From an uncultured archaeon (GTDB lineage Archaea > Thermoproteota > Nitrososphaeria > Nitrososphaerales > Gagatemarchaeaceae), in the NCBI GenBank assembly GCA_963817525.1, contig CAWFOU010000008.1:48669-72668 (forward strand): a stretch of DNA of 24,000 nt. Direction: 5' to 3'. Within the stretch, counting starts at the first letter, position 1. Every line of letters starts with the position of its first letter. Shown piece by piece: positions 22,282 to 24,000 of the stretch. A model generated the notes under the pieces. It searched no databases and had not been told where the DNA came from. It saw nothing but the letters and a program-made list of their open reading frames with translations. The translations under genes were made by a program, and so were the position numbers.

Positions 22282-22944
22282 GTGACCATGCGAAGGCTGG
22301 TCGTCGAGCTACCGGTTGAGGACGTGATTGGGAAGGGCTCGCACTCGCCGATGGCGATGATAGACTCGGCGGAGGTAGTCCAGATTTTCAAGCAACGCAG
22401 GGGAGAGTTCGAGGGAATAGTGAAGGTGTCTTTCAAGACGCATCCTCCCCCGAAGCTCAAGGACTTGTTTCCTGGTGTCGAGGCGGAGGCCACGCTGCTC
22501 AACGAAAACGACGCGACCGGCGAGCGGGCCTACTTCGTCAAGGTCAGGGTCGCGAACCCCAAGCGTCAAGTGTTTTCCTTGGGCGAGGTTTCAGGAGGCT
22601 ACGTCGCGACTCCCTTTGAGATAAGAGGCGGGATGATTAGACTCAACTTCATCGGCAGCGCCCTAGAAGTAAAGAGATTCATGAAGGTCATCGACAAGAA
22701 GTGGCCCCACTACAAGGTTGCCTCCCTCACGGACGCGAGCTTTTCTCTCGACTCACCGTTGGGAGCTCTGACGGAGAAGCAACGCAGGGTTCTGGTGACG
22801 GCCTTCAACCTCGGCTACTACGACATGCCGAGGAAGGTCGACGGTGAGGAGCTCGCGAGGAGGCTCAACCTTGGGGCCTCCGCTCTGGTGGCGCACAGGA
22901 GGAAGGCCGAACGGAGGATTCTCGCGAAGATAATCAATGGCTGA
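22282..22944 (+). CDS. HTH_10 (bacterio-opsin-activator-type) DNA-binding protein
   Basis: C-terminal LTEKQRRVLVTAFNLGYYDMPRKVDGEELARRLNLGASALVAHRRKAERRILAKI is the classical HTH_10 module. Confidence 0.8.
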   Translation: MTMRRLVVELPVEDVIGKGSHSPMAMIDSAEVVQIFKQRRGEFEGIVKVSFKTHPPPKLKDLFPGVEAEATLLNENDATGERAYFVKVRVANPKRQVFSLGEVSGGYVATPFEIRGGMIRLNFIGSALEVKRFMKVIDKKWPHYKVASLTDASFSLDSPLGALTEKQRRVLVTAFNLGYYDMPRKVDGEELARRLNLGASALVAHRRKAERRILAKIING

Positions 22945-23070
22945 GAATAGACGGGAGGCGGTCGGCCACGAATTGCATGAATCGGGCGCCGTTAAGTAAT
23001 CGGAGCTGGAAATGAGCTAAAATGGGGCCGGAAGGGATTCTAAACATTACCGACCAGAGGTTTGTGAATC

Positions 23071-23078
23071 CTTATAGG
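23071..23078 (+). promoter_or_regulatory. TATA-box-like element for mazEF
   Basis: CTTATAGG is centred about 28 nt upstream of ATG 23102, implying a leaderless transcript. Confidence 0.4.
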
Positions 23079-23101
23079 TAAGAAATTTACTACACCGGAG
23101 C

Positions 23102-23365
23102 ATGACTGAAGCATCGGAGCTTCGCACGGTCACCGTATCCGAAAAGGGCCAGGTGGCCATCCCTGTCGACATCAGGAGGAGGCTGAACATTCGAAAGGGC
23201 CAGACGCTGGTGCTTCAAGTCAGCGACGATAAGCTGCTGATCGCCAAGTCGGAGGAGGTCTCGAAGAAGATGAGGGACGAGTTTGAGCATCTTCTCAGAC
23301 TCTCAGAGAGAAGCGCGAAGGAGTTATGGGAGAACGAGAAGGATGCAGTCTGGGACAGCGCTTGA
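23102..23365 (+). CDS. mazE: SpoVT/AbrB-domain antitoxin (MazE-like)
   Basis: VTVSEKGQVAIPVDIRRRLNIRKGQTLVLQVSDDKLLI swapped-hairpin motif. Overlaps the toxin gene. Confidence 0.8.
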   Translation: MTEASELRTVTVSEKGQVAIPVDIRRRLNIRKGQTLVLQVSDDKLLIAKSEEVSKKMRDEFEHLLRLSERSAKELWENEKDAVWDSA

Positions 23366-23693
23366 GCCGGGGCAGGTGGTGTTGGTGCCCTTCCCATTCA
23401 CCGACCTATCTGAAGTGAAACGTCGTCCGGTGCTGGTCCTCTCGAATCGGCGTCACAACAGCAGTTCTCGGGACTTCATCTGCTGTGGGATAACTTCGAA
23501 CCTGGCAAACAGTCGGAACTCTGTCCTGATAGACCCAATGGAGATGGCCGAAGGTTCAATTCCCGTGCAGAGTAGGATCAAGTTCGACAAGGTCTTCACC
23601 TTGGAGGGGAGTCTAGTAGTCAAGGCTCTCGGAAGGGTCTCGAAACACAAGCTAGCCACGGTCAAGCGGGGATTGATTTCTCTTCTTGGTTAG
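23343..23693 (+). CDS. mazF: MazF/PemK-family endoribonuclease toxin
   Basis: PGQVVLVPFPFTDLSEVKRRPVLVLSN...CCGITSN...RIKFDKVFTLE. I place the start at ATG 23343 after GAGAAGG. The track start at 23283 overlaps most of the antitoxin C-terminus. Confidence 0.8.
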   Translation: MQSGTALEPGQVVLVPFPFTDLSEVKRRPVLVLSNRRHNSSSRDFICCGITSNLANSRNSVLIDPMEMAEGSIPVQSRIKFDKVFTLEGSLVVKALGRVSKHKLATVKRGLISLLG

Positions 23694-23897
23694 CATCATA
23701 ACGGTTACAAAATTCGAACCACACCAACTGGGGCAGCAGTCTTCAACACATGGCCGATTTTATCCCAAGAGTAATTTCTCCATTATGCAACTTAGAGATT
23801 TGGCAGGCTTTCTGGATCGAACGTTCGAATCTACGGGGGCTCGAACGCTCGGCCCGAGGCACGCGAGCCCGAAAAATGACCGAGGACGGCCACCGAG

Positions 23898-23914
23898 TCC
23901 CACCGGGCCCGCCA
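23898..23914 (+). repeat. Direct repeat copy 2 (duplicate of tRNA-Arg 3' end), att-like
   Basis: TCCCACCGGGCCCGCCA is an exact 17/17 match to 20059-20075. The upstream bases (GGCCACCGAG) loosely resemble the tRNA variable/T-arm region (GGCCGAGG). Confidence 0.75.
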
Positions 23915-24000
23915 TCTTTTCACGCTCAACCAGTTTGTGAAGAGCCGAATTCTTGCCTGGGCCCGCTTAAATTATTAAGCGAATCCTGCGAAATGCGGTC

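Noticed and set aside
23686-23940. 84-aa track ORF spanning the second att-like repeat
   Set aside because: It lies in an AT-rich region with non-host codon usage and has no motifs. It is more likely non-coding element-flank sequence. A split SSV-type integrase was considered, but no recombinase motifs are readable.
1-24000. CRISPR arrays, rRNA genes, IS elements with inverted repeats
   Set aside because: I saw no regularly spaced direct repeats, no rRNA-like conserved stretches and no transposase-like ORFs. The only mobile-type elements seen are the two inteins, the free LAGLIDADG gene and the tRNA-linked islet.

Overview
GC-rich archaeal chromosomal segment. Evidence for an archaeal origin: strong G/C-ending codon bias, TATA-like boxes about 25-45 nt upstream of starts, a form III RuBisCO, an eIF-2B-type ribose-1,5-bisphosphate isomerase, an HTH_10 regulator and LAGLIDADG inteins. 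The lineage cannot be fixed from sequence alone. Contents from left to right follow. (1) lutC/lutB-like LUD genes and a PaREP1/HEPN-like ORF. (2) A pentose/RuBisCO supercluster. It comprises a minus-strand operon (RfaE-like PfkB kinase, transketolase-N, Rpe, transketolase-C, transaldolase). This operon is divergent from a form III RuBisCO plus an untracked 56-aa Cys-rich ORF, and convergent with R15P isomerase and PRPP synthetase. (3) An arsR-like, aquaporin, arsC cluster. (4) A free-standing HTH-LAGLIDADG gene. (5) nuoA-B-C-D, in which nuoB is 962 codons long because two LAGLIDADG inteins sit on the cysteine ligands of Fe-S cluster N2. No nuoH-N genes follow nuoD. (6) A 415-nt hairpin-rich intergenic region, an FAD oxidoreductase, AlaX-S and tRNA-Arg(CCT). 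(7) A 3.8-kb segment bounded by an exact 17-nt direct repeat of the tRNA 3' end, carrying GtrA-like, amidohydrolase, HTH_10 and MazEF genes, with no intact integrase. The best candidates for something new are the double-intein NuoB and the PPP-RuBisCO cluster with its non-canonical kinase. All functional calls rest on motifs read by eye. No database search was possible.
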